Origin: Candidatus Daviesbacteria bacterium
GTDB taxonomy: Bacteria; Patescibacteriota; Microgenomatia; Daviesbacterales; UBA10151
Direction of reading: 5' to 3'
Assembly (NCBI GenBank): GCA_030648435.1
Contig: JAUSHE010000024.1
Coordinates: 1-63,698, forward strand
Length of the DNA stretch: 63,698 nucleotides
Part shown: in pieces, positions 36,754 through 46,711 of the stretch
How positions within the stretch are numbered: the first letter of the stretch is position 1
Layout: the number at the start of each line of letters is the position of its first letter
Translations under genes and position numbers: made by a program
Notes under the pieces: generated by a model
Told to the model about the DNA's origin: nothing
The model's database searches: none
What the model saw: only the letters and a program-made list of their open reading frames with translations

Positions 36754-39637
36754 GTTTAAGAGTTCGTATACAAGTTTAAATAAAGAACAAAAACAGGCCG
36801 TTGATATGATCGAGGGTCCGGTGATGGTGATTGCTGGTCCGGGAACCGGCAAGACCCAGATTTTAACCCTACGGATTGCCAATATTCTTCTTCAAACCCA
36901 AATTAACCCGGAAAATATTTTAGCTTTAACTTTCTCTGAGGCCGCCAGTTTTGAAATGAGAGAGAGGCTTTCAAGAATTATCGGGACACCGGCATATAGG
37001 GTGGAGATTTCAACTTTTCATTCATTTGCCAATAGCATCATCAAAAATTATCCTGATGAATTTCCCCATCTTTTATCCGCAGAATCTATCACCGAGATTG
37101 AGCAACTGGAATTGATTGAAAAATTATTAAATTCGCTGGACCTAAAAATCCTACAGCCTTTTGGCGATCCGCTTTATTATATCAGGGATATTTTATCTGT
37201 AATTAATGATTTAAAAAAAGAAGATATTTCGCCTCTTAATTTAGAAGATGCAATCAAAAAACAAGTGGATGATTTTGGAAATATAGATGATTTATATCAT
37301 GAAAAAGGTAAATACAAAGGAGAAATTAAAGGCAAATATCAGGATCTTAAAAAAGACATAGAAAAATTAAAAGAATTCTTTGTTGTGTTTATGGCTTATC
37401 AAAAAGCTTTAATAACAGAAAAAAAATATGATTTTAACGACATGCTGCTTGAAGTAATCAAAGTTCTAAAAACTAATAAATCACTGCTTCTTCGGGTTCA
37501 GGAAAAGTTTCAATATATATTAATTGATGAGCACCAAGATACCAATGCCGCCCAAAATAGATTAGTTGAATTAATTGCCGGCTTTTTTGAAATGCCAAAT
37601 TTATTTGTCGTAGGAGATGAAAAACAGGCGATTTACCGTTTTCAAGGAGCATCACTCGAGAATTTTTTATATTTTAAAAAAATTTACCCGCAGGCAAAAT
37701 TAATTAATTTAGCTAAAAATTACCGCTCGCATAAAACTATTTTAGATGCTTCCCAAAGTTTGATTGAAAAAAATATTAGCGCCAATATCCTGCCAAAACA
37801 GGACCTGATAACCGGCACAAAAATTAAAAAAGAAAAACTAAAAGTAGCTGCTTTTACAAGTTTTAATCTGGAGTATGAATATGTGGCAGCCGATATTCTC
37901 AAAAAAATAAAACATGGCCTGCCTTCTTCAGAAATGGCGGTTCTCGCCAGGCGCAATATGGATTTGCTGCCCCTCTCGCAATCTCTGGGAAGATTGGGTG
38001 TGAAATTTATTATTCAGGCTGACTTAAATATTTTAAACGATCTGCAGATTCAGAAATTATTGTTTATTTTTGAGGCAATTAATCATCCTTTTGATGAAGT
38101 TTATTTGACTCAGGCGATGCATGTAGATTTTAGCGGCATTGATCCGTTTGATATATATGAGGGCAAGGAGTCAAAAGCCATCAAAGATTTTAATTCAAAA
38201 TATAAAGGTTGGGTAAAGCTAAATAATAATATCCCGTTTGACGATTTTTTTGTGAAAGTAATTAATGAGTCCGGATTTAAGAAACACCTGCTGAAACTTG
38301 ATGCTAGGTATCAGGTATTAAATAAGTTGATTGGTTTGTTTGATGAAATTAAATTACAAGTAAATAAAGATCCTAAATTTAATCTGGATGTTTTTTTACG
38401 TCTACTGCAAACAGTTGAAAAGCATAAACTTTCCCTAAAAGCCAAAGTAGACCATTCTCTTGAAGAAGGGGTCAGACTTTTGACTGTTCATAAATCTAAG
38501 GGACTGGAGTTTAACTCGGTTTATATTTTAAATTGTTTTGACAGCAGATGGGGGAATTCCAGGAAAAGGGGGGCGAAAATTAAAATACCCTGGGAATATT
38601 TTGGTGAAAATATTAAAACTGATATATCTTTTGAAGAAATTGAGGATGAAAGACGGTTGTTTTATGTAGCGCTAACCAGGGCAAAAAGAGAAGTGATTCT
38701 TACGTATTCGAAATTTGGGATAGACGGCAAAGAACAGTTGCCAAGCCAATTTTTAGAAGAAATTGACAAAAAGTTTTTAGAAGAAATTGATACGGCCAAA
38801 TTTGAGAAAACTTTTGATCGTCTGAAATTACTTGATTCTCCTCAAAAAGTAAGTATCAATCCCAAAGATAAAAAGTATTTGCAGAGTTTGTTTTCTGAAA
38901 AAGGATTATCTGTGACAGGTCTTGAGAATTTTCTTGAGTGTCCCTGGAAATACTTTTTCAGGAATTTAGTGGCACTGCCGGATGTCAAAAATAAACACTT
39001 AATTTTTGGAACAGCTGTACATTTCGCCCTGGATTCCTTTATTAAATCAAGGCGTGTTAAAAAAATGGGGATTAATTTTTTGTTGGATAAATTTCATGAA
39101 TCTTTAAAGAAAGAAGCAATGACAGAAAAAGACCAAAAAGAAATTTCGGAAAAAGGGGAGAAAGTTTTAAAACTTTTCTATGAAACAGTCATTCCTACCT
39201 GGCCTGAAAAAATTCAAAGTGAATTAAGGGTAAGAGGAGTTAAGTTTGAGGAAGGTGTTATTCTTAACGGGAGAATCGATATGCTGGAAATGTTTTCCAG
39301 TGATAACTTGGTCAGGGTGCATGATTTCAAAACCGGTAAGATAAAGCCCCGCACCTATCCGGCTTACTTTAGACAACTTACTTTTTACAAGATACTCCTT
39401 GATAAATATAAAGAAGGTTTATTCAAAATGAAAGAAGGGGTGATTGACTTTGTAGAGCCGGATCCAAAAGGCAGATTTCGCAGTGAAGTGTTTATGATAA
39501 GTGATAATGATGTCAAAGAACTGGAAATAGTAATAAAATCCGTTGCGGCTCAAATTATAAACCTTTCATTCTGGGACCAAAAATGCGACGACAAAACTTG
39601 CGACTACTGCCGTCTAAAAGAAATGGTTTTTAATTAA
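36740..39637 (+). CDS. UvrD/REP helicase with C-terminal PD-(D/E)XK nuclease domain
   Basis: AGPGTGKT, DEHQDTN, VGDEKQAIYRFQGA, TVHKSKGLEF, ERRLFYVALTRAK; then CPWKY, GRID, DFKTG, CDDKTCDYC. Confidence 0.92.
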   Translation: MITNEFKSSYTSLNKEQKQAVDMIEGPVMVIAGPGTGKTQILTLRIANILLQTQINPENILALTFSEAASFEMRERLSRIIGTPAYRVEISTFHSFANSIIKNYPDEFPHLLSAESITEIEQLELIEKLLNSLDLKILQPFGDPLYYIRDILSVINDLKKEDISPLNLEDAIKKQVDDFGNIDDLYHEKGKYKGEIKGKYQDLKKDIEKLKEFFVVFMAYQKALITEKKYDFNDMLLEVIKVLKTNKSLLLRVQEKFQYILIDEHQDTNAAQNRLVELIAGFFEMPNLFVVGDEKQAIYRFQGASLENFLYFKKIYPQAKLINLAKNYRSHKTILDASQSLIEKNISANILPKQDLITGTKIKKEKLKVAAFTSFNLEYEYVAADILKKIKHGLPSSEMAVLARRNMDLLPLSQSLGRLGVKFIIQADLNILNDLQIQKLLFIFEAINHPFDEVYLTQAMHVDFSGIDPFDIYEGKESKAIKDFNSKYKGWVKLNNNIPFDDFFVKVINESGFKKHLLKLDARYQVLNKLIGLFDEIKLQVNKDPKFNLDVFLRLLQTVEKHKLSLKAKVDHSLEEGVRLLTVHKSKGLEFNSVYILNCFDSRWGNSRKRGAKIKIPWEYFGENIKTDISFEEIEDERRLFYVALTRAKREVILTYSKFGIDGKEQLPSQFLEEIDKKFLEEIDTAKFEKTFDRLKLLDSPQKVSINPKDKKYLQSLFSEKGLSVTGLENFLECPWKYFFRNLVALPDVKNKHLIFGTAVHFALDSFIKSRRVKKMGINFLLDKFHESLKKEAMTEKDQKEISEKGEKVLKLFYETVIPTWPEKIQSELRVRGVKFEEGVILNGRIDMLEMFSSDNLVRVHDFKTGKIKPRTYPAYFRQLTFYKILLDKYKEGLFKMKEGVIDFVEPDPKGRFRSEVFMISDNDVKELEIVIKSVAAQIINLSFWDQKCDDKTCDYCRLKEMVFN

Positions 39638-39638
39638 A

Positions 39639-40673
39639 ATGTATAAATTAAGAATAAGTACATTGCAAAAAAAGTTAAAAGAAGAAAAATTGGATGCGGT
39701 TTTGGTGTCTTCTGTTTCTAATATTACTTATCTTTCAGGTTATGCGAATTTTTCCGAAAAAGAACGGGAAGCGTATATTTTCATCGGAGCCGATTTTGCT
39801 TATTTAATTTCCGATGCCAGATATATGGAAGAAATTAAAAGTAATGTTCCCCATTTAACTTTTTTTGAAAGAAGTCATAAAAATCCAATTGCTGATTTGT
39901 TTAAAAAACATAAAATAAAAAACTTAGGAATTGAAGAAAATAATTTAACAGTGAGCGAGTTTAAGTTGATAAAAAGGCATTTTAAAAACTTAAAACATTT
40001 TGAAATTTCAAGAAGTATCAAAACGAAAAAAGAAATCGACAAAATCGAAAAAGCCTGCAAAATTGGGGATATGGCTTTTGAATATATTTTGAAGAAATTT
40101 AAAGCTGGGGTTACTGAAAAGGAAATTGCAAAAGATATGGAAAACCTTGTGAGAGATAGAAGTGCAGAATTTTCTTTTCCTGCAATTGTAGCCTTTGGTA
40201 AAAATTCTGCGGTACCGCATCATCATACAGGAGAAACAGTGCTAAATGAAAATGAATTTGTTTTGCTTGATTTTGGTGTTAAGTTTGAGAATTATTGTTC
40301 AGATATGACAAGGACTTTCTTCTTTGGAAAACCAAATAAGAAACAGAAAAATATGTATCAAGCGGTTCTTAAAGCACAGCAAAAAGCAGTTGAAGCAATA
40401 GAGCAGGGAGAAAGAAAGGTGGCAAAAATTTTTAAGGCAGCAGGCCTTGCCATTCCTCATTCTTTGGGTCATGGCATTGGTCTGGAAGTTCATGAAGCTC
40501 CCCATATTTCACCAAAGAGTAAAGAGATATTAAAAGAGGGCATGGTGTTTTCTATAGAACCTGGCATTTATATTCCTAATTTTGGAGGAGTAAGGATAGA
40601 AGATTTATTTGTTTTAGAAAAGAATAGTTTAAGAAAATTAACCCATGCTTCGGTAGAGCCAAAAATTATCTAA
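39639..40673 (+). CDS. Xaa-Pro peptidase (M24B)
   Basis: DFGV...YCSDMTRT, HSLGHGIGLEVHE, SIEPGIY, GVRIED. Confidence 0.93.
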   Translation: MYKLRISTLQKKLKEEKLDAVLVSSVSNITYLSGYANFSEKEREAYIFIGADFAYLISDARYMEEIKSNVPHLTFFERSHKNPIADLFKKHKIKNLGIEENNLTVSEFKLIKRHFKNLKHFEISRSIKTKKEIDKIEKACKIGDMAFEYILKKFKAGVTEKEIAKDMENLVRDRSAEFSFPAIVAFGKNSAVPHHHTGETVLNENEFVLLDFGVKFENYCSDMTRTFFFGKPNKKQKNMYQAVLKAQQKAVEAIEQGERKVAKIFKAAGLAIPHSLGHGIGLEVHEAPHISPKSKEILKEGMVFSIEPGIYIPNFGGVRIEDLFVLEKNSLRKLTHASVEPKII

Positions 40674-41147
40674 TTTTTTAAAAGGTTTCCAGACTGTAAA
40701 GTGATAAGTTTGAGTAATAACCATGGATCCTTTTTTTAATTCTTTCTGCAATTTTTCTTCCAATTTCTTTACGCCTTTGTGTAAAAGATAAATATAAACA
40801 ATGTCTGCATCTGAGTAAGATTTTGCAAAAATATTGTCGTGAATAAATTTAGCATTCCCAGACCTGGTCTGGGAGGCTAATTTGTAGCGGGAATAAAGGA
40901 CACGGAGCCATGATTGCTCAATACCGATAGAATCTGCACCAAGTTTTGCTCCTTCAAAAACGACCCGGCCATCTCCTGACCCTAATTCATAAAATTTCTT
41001 ACCCTTTTTTACGCCGGCCAGTTTTAAGACTTTTCTTATTTTGTCCATTTTGGTGGGGACATATGGGGCATCGGTCCCGGCAAACCAGGAAAGACCAATG
41101 ATGCAGCCAATTAAAATACCTCCTGCGATGATTAAAGTTAGATCCAT
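40638..41147 (-). CDS. Class I SAM-dependent methyltransferase with N-terminal TM
   Basis: APYVPT, YELGSGDGRV, ADIVYIYL. Confidence 0.85.
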   Translation of the reverse strand: MDLTLIIAGGILIGCIIGLSWFAGTDAPYVPTKMDKIRKVLKLAGVKKGKKFYELGSGDGRVVFEGAKLGADSIGIEQSWLRVLYSRYKLASQTRSGNAKFIHDNIFAKSYSDADIVYIYLLHKGVKKLEEKLQKELKKGSMVITQTYHFTVWKPFKKLDNFWLYRSMG

Positions 41148-42170
41148 TTATTTCCCAAGCAACTTTAACAGAAAAATCTTAAGCGGGGTTAATTTATCTA
41201 TAGCAGTAAAAGTTAGATACACTGGCCAGTTAAATACTAAATCATAAGTTCCGATATATTCTACTAATTTTCCGCCATAACCCAGTTTAAATTTATGAAA
41301 CCCATACCAGGAGTCTTTTGCATCAGCATCCGGTCCCAGCGCTCCCCACATATCAAACTTTTTTAATCCCATTTTTTTGCCTAATTTTATTGCTTCCCAG
41401 GCTGTTAAATTATTTGCCATAACTTCAGAATGGGTTTTAGAAGAGCCGCCATAAGGATAGTAGAGTGTATCTTTGAAATTTAACAGCATCCAGGCGGTAA
41501 GAGGTTCATGGTTATTAGTTCGTGGTTCGTAGTAAGCAATAAGAAGACGCGCCATGCCGGCATCCCGAAGTGTCTTCCAAACTTTGCGGTGATAGTTTTT
41601 ATTGTGTCCATGGTAACCTTGTCTTTTTGTAGTTTCAAAATATAATTTTAAATAGATTTCAAAGGCTTCGTCATCAACTCTTTCTTCTGTTTTCACTCCA
41701 TGCTTTTGAGCAACTTTAATGTTATATCTTGTTTTCGGATGCATATTTTTTAACAAATCTTCCTCTGATTTTGTTAAATCCAGGACAAAGTTATATTTGG
41801 TAAAAAGGGGTTTAGGCGAGGGATGAAAGTCTGACGGTAGACGGTAGACGGTAGACGGTAGACAAATATCCGGTTCTAACTTAATAAACGCGCAATGATT
41901 TTCTTTGCCGATTTTTATTAAGGCTTCAGCTAGTTCTTTATCAGGCTTTGGTCCTTTTGGTAAGTAGCCGACATATTGATTAACAAATGGGATTTTATGC
42001 AAAGTTAACTGAAACGCTTTTGTTAATTGATTATTTTTGTATAATCCATATCGTAAAACCTGGGTGCCTAGGCACCTTCTAAACTTTCCCCACTCAAAAG
42101 ATTGAATCACATGAGTGACTAATTTATTGTATTGAGATTGCTGATTATTCGTAATTGGCCGTAAGTCCAT
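41148..42170 (-). CDS. FemAB/FemX-family peptidoglycan peptidyltransferase
   Basis: HVIQSFEWG, YLPKGP, KTRYNIKVA, YYPYGGS, FDMWG, GFHKFKLGYGG. Confidence 0.9.
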   Translation of the reverse strand: MDLRPITNNQQSQYNKLVTHVIQSFEWGKFRRCLGTQVLRYGLYKNNQLTKAFQLTLHKIPFVNQYVGYLPKGPKPDKELAEALIKIGKENHCAFIKLEPDICLPSTVYRLPSDFHPSPKPLFTKYNFVLDLTKSEEDLLKNMHPKTRYNIKVAQKHGVKTEERVDDEAFEIYLKLYFETTKRQGYHGHNKNYHRKVWKTLRDAGMARLLIAYYEPRTNNHEPLTAWMLLNFKDTLYYPYGGSSKTHSEVMANNLTAWEAIKLGKKMGLKKFDMWGALGPDADAKDSWYGFHKFKLGYGGKLVEYIGTYDLVFNWPVYLTFTAIDKLTPLKIFLLKLLGK

Positions 42171-42182
42171 GCGACCATTATA

Positions 42183-42839
42183 CTAGAATATCTGGATTTT
42201 GGCTTTTTGGCGGAGGTCCTGGAATTTCTGGGAGAAAATTTGAGATAATTTCTGGTTTTTAATAGCATCCTCTGCTTCTTTTTCCTGTCCTGCTGAATCA
42301 GTGGCCTGCAGTTGAGCTTTATTTTGTTCTATGAATTGTGCAACCTCTTCTGCAGAAATTGTTGCTTCATTTGCGTAGAGCTTTTCAATAGTTGTTTGTA
42401 ATTTAATTTGTTGTCTAATACTTGATCTGGTTTGTCCTTGTTGAGAAAGCAATCCGTCCAAAGCTTGTGCTCCTCCTACATTTGCTTCTATTCCAGATAT
42501 TTTTTTATCAATATCACTTGCCGTTACGGCAACATTATTTTTAGTTGCTTCGCCGAGAATAATTTTTTCATTGATAAGAGAATTCAAGGTTTGAGTTCTA
42601 AATTGTTCATTTAAACGCATTTGCAATTCCAGATTTGAAACAGGTGAGCCGTTTACCGTTGCGGCTACAATCCAATTTTTCTTATATAGGACCAACAACA
42701 AAAGTCCCAGGGCAATTAAAACTATATAGAACATTTTTGAAGAACGGAATTTTTTAAAAGAGTCAAGTTTACCTAATAAAATATTAGTAGTTTTAAATGG
42801 AATAATGGATTGTGTTGTTGCAGGAGTTTTTTTAGCCAT
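42183..42839 (-). CDS. SurA N-terminal-domain / PrsA-like chaperone
   Basis: TM, then VAATVNGSPVS, LNSLINEKII, LRQKAKI; start at ATG 42839. Confidence 0.75.
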   Translation of the reverse strand: MAKKTPATTQSIIPFKTTNILLGKLDSFKKFRSSKMFYIVLIALGLLLLVLYKKNWIVAATVNGSPVSNLELQMRLNEQFRTQTLNSLINEKIILGEATKNNVAVTASDIDKKISGIEANVGGAQALDGLLSQQGQTRSSIRQQIKLQTTIEKLYANEATISAEEVAQFIEQNKAQLQATDSAGQEKEAEDAIKNQKLSQIFSQKFQDLRQKAKIQIF

Positions 42840-42896
42840 TGACCGATGATAACAGAAGAAATTGTATTTTTGCAATAGTTAAATTATGATTGATAC

Positions 42897-43526
42897 ATGC
42901 AAAAGGGTACTGCCCAACTTTTATTGCTTCTTACAGTAGTGCTTCTTCTTGGGGTAGGTGTATATTTTTACAAGACTTCAAAAGAAAATGATTTACAAAC
43001 TGCGAAATTAACTGTCCAAAAACCATCAGAATTTATTGACTATGTAAATAAAGATTTTGGCTTTGAATTTAAGTATTCAAAGGAGTTGCAAGTGAAGGTT
43101 GATACAGAAGAAGAATTCAATAAACGGAGTAATGGGAATTTTAGGAAGAATTTTACAGGTTATGTAGGTTATGAACCGGGGCAGGTTTTAGGGGCAGTGG
43201 CAGTTTTAGACCAAAGCGGCTCTTTTGATAATAATCCTTTTTCTGTCTGGGTATTTGATAACCCTGATGGTTTAACAGTTAATGGTTGGTTTGATAAATA
43301 TTGGTATTACCCATTTTTATGGGGAGTATTTGACTATTTGTCAAAAAGTCACATTACTCCTGATACAGAAGCTACAATTAGCGGACAACTAACAAAATAT
43401 AAAATTGTTTCCTACCAACTAAGTTCCCCAAAATATCTTTATTTATCAAAAGAGAAGAAGATGTATTTATTTAGAGTTATCGGAGAGACCGGGGACAAAA
43501 TTTTATCCGGCTTTAAATTTCTATAA
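42897..43526 (+). CDS. Hypothetical exported protein with pilin-like N-terminus
   Basis: MQKG plus hydrophobic stretch; YVNKDFGFEFKY motif; C-terminal DKILSGFKF. Confidence 0.65.
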   Translation: MQKGTAQLLLLLTVVLLLGVGVYFYKTSKENDLQTAKLTVQKPSEFIDYVNKDFGFEFKYSKELQVKVDTEEEFNKRSNGNFRKNFTGYVGYEPGQVLGAVAVLDQSGSFDNNPFSVWVFDNPDGLTVNGWFDKYWYYPFLWGVFDYLSKSHITPDTEATISGQLTKYKIVSYQLSSPKYLYLSKEKKMYLFRVIGETGDKILSGFKFL

Positions 43527-44261
43527 TAAATAAATATCTACAAATCTTGCGCTCCAGCCGGCGGTCTTGGCATCTTCAAAGCCCAGATCAATGATATTTC
43601 CTTTAATTGCTCCGCCAGTATCTCCGGCAATAGCCATGCCATATCCGGGTACATAAAGTTTGGTTCTATATTTAATAACTTTTGGATCAACAGCTATCAC
43701 ACCTTTGCCTTGTCTCATGCCGATCGAAGTCCACTCATCGCAGCCGGGACAGCGTGAATCATAGTGGGTGGCATAAACCCGCATCTTCTTCCAGTATTTA
43801 ATCTCGCCGTCAGGGGTTTGTAGGGTTTTCCAGACAATTTTTGTACCCCGTAAAATCTTTTTATCTTGGGCCGGAGTTGTTTCAACAGAAATAAGTTCTC
43901 TGGAATATTCTTCACCTTGGCTCACCTCGGAGGTGGGCTTTGACTCCTCCGAGGTGGTTGCCGGTTTGGAGTAGGTTATTTTATAAATCTTAATTTTTTT
44001 GCCGTCTGTTCCTTCTTCCAAGACTTTTTCTTCTCCTGCTTCTACCTCCGGATCATCCTGATAAATTGTTTTTCTTGGTAAACTTTCTATTTCTTCCCGG
44101 AGTTTTTCGGTAAACGAGGACTCGGTAGTAATAGGTTGGTTAATAGGTAATGTTTCTGTTGGAGAAAGCGTGGAATCACCTAAAACAGTAGGAGCCTGAA
44201 AGATACTTTTGGCAAAGAAAGTAAGCGCTATTATTAAGATAATCCCAAGATATTTTTCCAT
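43521..44261 (-). CDS. G5 and 3D domain protein (cell-wall lytic transglycosylase-like)
   Basis: G5-like EEKVLEEGTDG...ILRGTK; 3D motif GVIAVDPKVI..LYVPGYG..AGDTGGAIKGNIIDL. Confidence 0.88.
   Translation of the reverse strand: MEKYLGIILIIALTFFAKSIFQAPTVLGDSTLSPTETLPINQPITTESSFTEKLREEIESLPRKTIYQDDPEVEAGEEKVLEEGTDGKKIKIYKITYSKPATTSEESKPTSEVSQGEEYSRELISVETTPAQDKKILRGTKIVWKTLQTPDGEIKYWKKMRVYATHYDSRCPGCDEWTSIGMRQGKGVIAVDPKVIKYRTKLYVPGYGMAIAGDTGGAIKGNIIDLGFEDAKTAGWSARFVDIYLL
43923..43956. repeat. 34-bp CACCT-N3-AGGTG palindromic element within the 3D-domain gene
   Basis: CACCTCGGAGGTG-GGCTTTGA-CTCCTCCGAGGTG. Confidence 0.88.
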
Positions 44262-44262
44262 C

Positions 44263-46080
44263 CTAATTTAGCCAATCCTTGTCATCTTTGTAAGCAGTAT
44301 TACTTGTCACCAATTCCTGGGGAATATCTGCTAAAAATCTGGAAACCAAATTATTACTTCTGGTACCAAAGTACAATCTTTGTCTGGCATAAGTCAAAAA
44401 AAGTTTAATCTTTGCTCTGGTAATTCCGACATAACATAATCTTCTTTCTTCTTCCAGTTCGTTAACATCCAGCATGGCCCTGGAATGCGGGAATAAACCT
44501 TCTTCCATGCCAACCATAAACACAACGGGAAACTCTAGTCCTTTTGCAGAATGTAAAGTCATTAGAGTAACTGCATCCTGTGGTTCGCGTTTTTGGCCGC
44601 GCATACTGCCACTTTCGACCAGAGCGACATTTTCTAAAAAGTCTATTAAATTTGGAAATTCTTCTGCAACCGAACGGAGTTCTTTGACATTTTCAACCCG
44701 CATTTTGCCTTCTTCGCTCCTGTCGTCAAGATAAGCCAAATAATCTGTCCGGGCGAGAATCAAATCCAGTAGATCCATGGTTAGATATTTATCCTGTTGT
44801 AAGGATACTTCCTGATAAAGCCCCATAATCTTAAGAAGGCGACCTTTGCCGATTTTTTCAGCCCGTTTTAGAGAAACCGAATCTTTGGGGTTTTGTAATA
44901 ATCTTAGGTACGAAAGGACATCTTTAATTTCTTTTCTTTGATAGAAACTAACACCGCCAATTAATTTATAAGGAATACCGGATTTTAAAAATTGTTCCTC
45001 TAAGGACCTTGATTGGGCATTAGTTCTGAAAAGAACGGCAAAATCAGAAAAAGGTTTGCTGATTTTTGAGAGAATTAATAAAGCTTCTTCTATTTCATTT
45101 CCGACTTCTGTAATTTCTATTTTTTCACCGCTTTCTTTTTCTGTCCAGAGTTTTAAAACGGGGTGAGATTTGTTTTTGGAAATAACGGCATGAGCCGTAT
45201 CTAAAATATTTTGAGTAGAACGGTAATTTTGTTCCAAATTAAAAACTTTTGTTCCGGGATAATCTTTTTGGAAATTTACTATATTTCTAAAATCAGCTCC
45301 CCTGAAGGAATATATCGATTGGCTGGCATCGCCCACAACGCAGATATTTTTATGACGGTTGCTTAAGTATTTTGAAATTAAGTATTGAGCGGGGTTAGTA
45401 TCCTGGTATTCGTCTATTAAAATATATCGGTACTGAATCTGATAACGGGTTAAAATGGCAGGTTCCCTTTGAAATAATTTAATAACATATAAAAGCAGGT
45501 CGTCAAAATCCAGAGCATGATTATGCTCCAAAATCTTTTGATATTCTATATAAATTTTGGCAACGATTTCCTGAAAATAACCCCGAGCATATTGGGGATA
45601 TTCCAGTGAAGAAATGAGCTCGTTTTTAGCGCCTGATATAGTAGCCCTGACGGAGTAAGGTTTGGTTTTTTCTGTGGGGATATTAAGATTTGCCATAGCT
45701 TCTTTGATAGCATCTAAGGAGTCTCCCTCATCATAAATTGCAAACCCGGGAGGCAAACCTAAAACTTTTCCCTCACGGCGGAGGATTTTGGCACAAAATG
45801 AATGGAAAGTTCCCATCATAGGAGTAGTTGGTAGTTTGTAGTTTGTAGTTTGTAGTAATTTGTTAATCCGCTCTATCATTTCACCGGCTGCTTTATTTGT
45901 AAAGGTCAGACAAAGGATATTTTCCGGCAGAATACTTTTTTCTTTAATCAGGTAAGCTACTTTATAAGTCAAAACCCGGGTTTTTCCGGAACCGGCCCCA
46001 GCTAAAATTAAGGTCGGACCTTCAGTTACCTGAACAGCTTTTTGCTGTGTGGGATTTAGATCATCTAAAAGAGGGGGCAT
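44263..46080 (-). CDS. pcrA: ATP-dependent DNA helicase PcrA/UvrD
   Basis: LAGAGSGKTRVL, TFTNKAA, DEYQDTN, LEQNYRS, MTLHSAKGLEFP, EEERRLCYVGITRA. Confidence 0.95.
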   Translation of the reverse strand: MPPLLDDLNPTQQKAVQVTEGPTLILAGAGSGKTRVLTYKVAYLIKEKSILPENILCLTFTNKAAGEMIERINKLLQTTNYKLPTTPMMGTFHSFCAKILRREGKVLGLPPGFAIYDEGDSLDAIKEAMANLNIPTEKTKPYSVRATISGAKNELISSLEYPQYARGYFQEIVAKIYIEYQKILEHNHALDFDDLLLYVIKLFQREPAILTRYQIQYRYILIDEYQDTNPAQYLISKYLSNRHKNICVVGDASQSIYSFRGADFRNIVNFQKDYPGTKVFNLEQNYRSTQNILDTAHAVISKNKSHPVLKLWTEKESGEKIEITEVGNEIEEALLILSKISKPFSDFAVLFRTNAQSRSLEEQFLKSGIPYKLIGGVSFYQRKEIKDVLSYLRLLQNPKDSVSLKRAEKIGKGRLLKIMGLYQEVSLQQDKYLTMDLLDLILARTDYLAYLDDRSEEGKMRVENVKELRSVAEEFPNLIDFLENVALVESGSMRGQKREPQDAVTLMTLHSAKGLEFPVVFMVGMEEGLFPHSRAMLDVNELEEERRLCYVGITRAKIKLFLTYARQRLYFGTRSNNLVSRFLADIPQELVTSNTAYKDDKDWLN

Positions 46081-46116
46081 GTGGGATATATTAGCACAAG
46101 TTATTTATAGGGGAAA

Positions 46117-46548
46117 TTAGATAATAAACTTAGGTAGATGATAATGGGGATCAGTCCAACCGATTGTACGGACTGCGGTTTGCACCAATACATTGTATAC
46201 AGCTTTAGTATTAGGGCCGAATACATCTCCATCCTGTTGAATAATATTATATGCTGATCGGAAGTTATCTTCAGACTCATGCAATCTACTGCTCATAGAA
46301 TGACCATTTACACCATAAACTTCTCTGAGTGCTGCTAATAACTTCGTTGTTAGACACACCCTTACGAATGTTCTCTTTATTTCGGAATCATCTTTTCCTG
46401 TGAGATCTCTTTTTACTAGTGTGCTGAATAAAGCCTGAAATTTACCTTCTACAACTGGTTCATTCTTACTTGGATCAATGTGCACTAGTAGAGGAATTAT
46501 CTCGACAACCCTTTGTTCGGCTTCAGCAATAAGCTGTTTATCATTCAA
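46117..46548 (-). CDS. Hypothetical protein (start uncertain, possible 5' frameshift)
   Basis: 143-aa ORF with no recognisable motif; an upstream ATG at 46577 is out of frame. Confidence 0.5.
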   Translation of the reverse strand: MNDKQLIAEAEQRVVEIIPLLVHIDPSKNEPVVEGKFQALFSTLVKRDLTGKDDSEIKRTFVRVCLTTKLLAALREVYGVNGHSMSSRLHESEDNFRSAYNIIQQDGDVFGPNTKAVYNVLVQTAVRTIGWTDPHYHLPKFII

Positions 46549-46629
46549 TCCATTAATTCTTTTGTCCTATCATCCATGAATTGATATTAACATATTTTAT
46601 AAGCATCATTGGATAAGCCCTTTCTCACC

Positions 46630-46711
46630 TGGGGGATGATTCAATAGGACGCCCGGGGTTTTTAGAATCTCCGGTCTTGACTTCGGGTTAAATTAGGAAT
46701 AATGTAAATTA
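46630..46711 (+). promoter_or_regulatory. Conserved Bro-N upstream element with sigma70 promoter
   Basis: TGGGGGAT..AGGACGCCCG..TCTTGACTTCGG; -35 TTGACT 46677, 17-nt spacer, -10 TAATGT 46700; homologous to 59476-59555. Confidence 0.75.
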
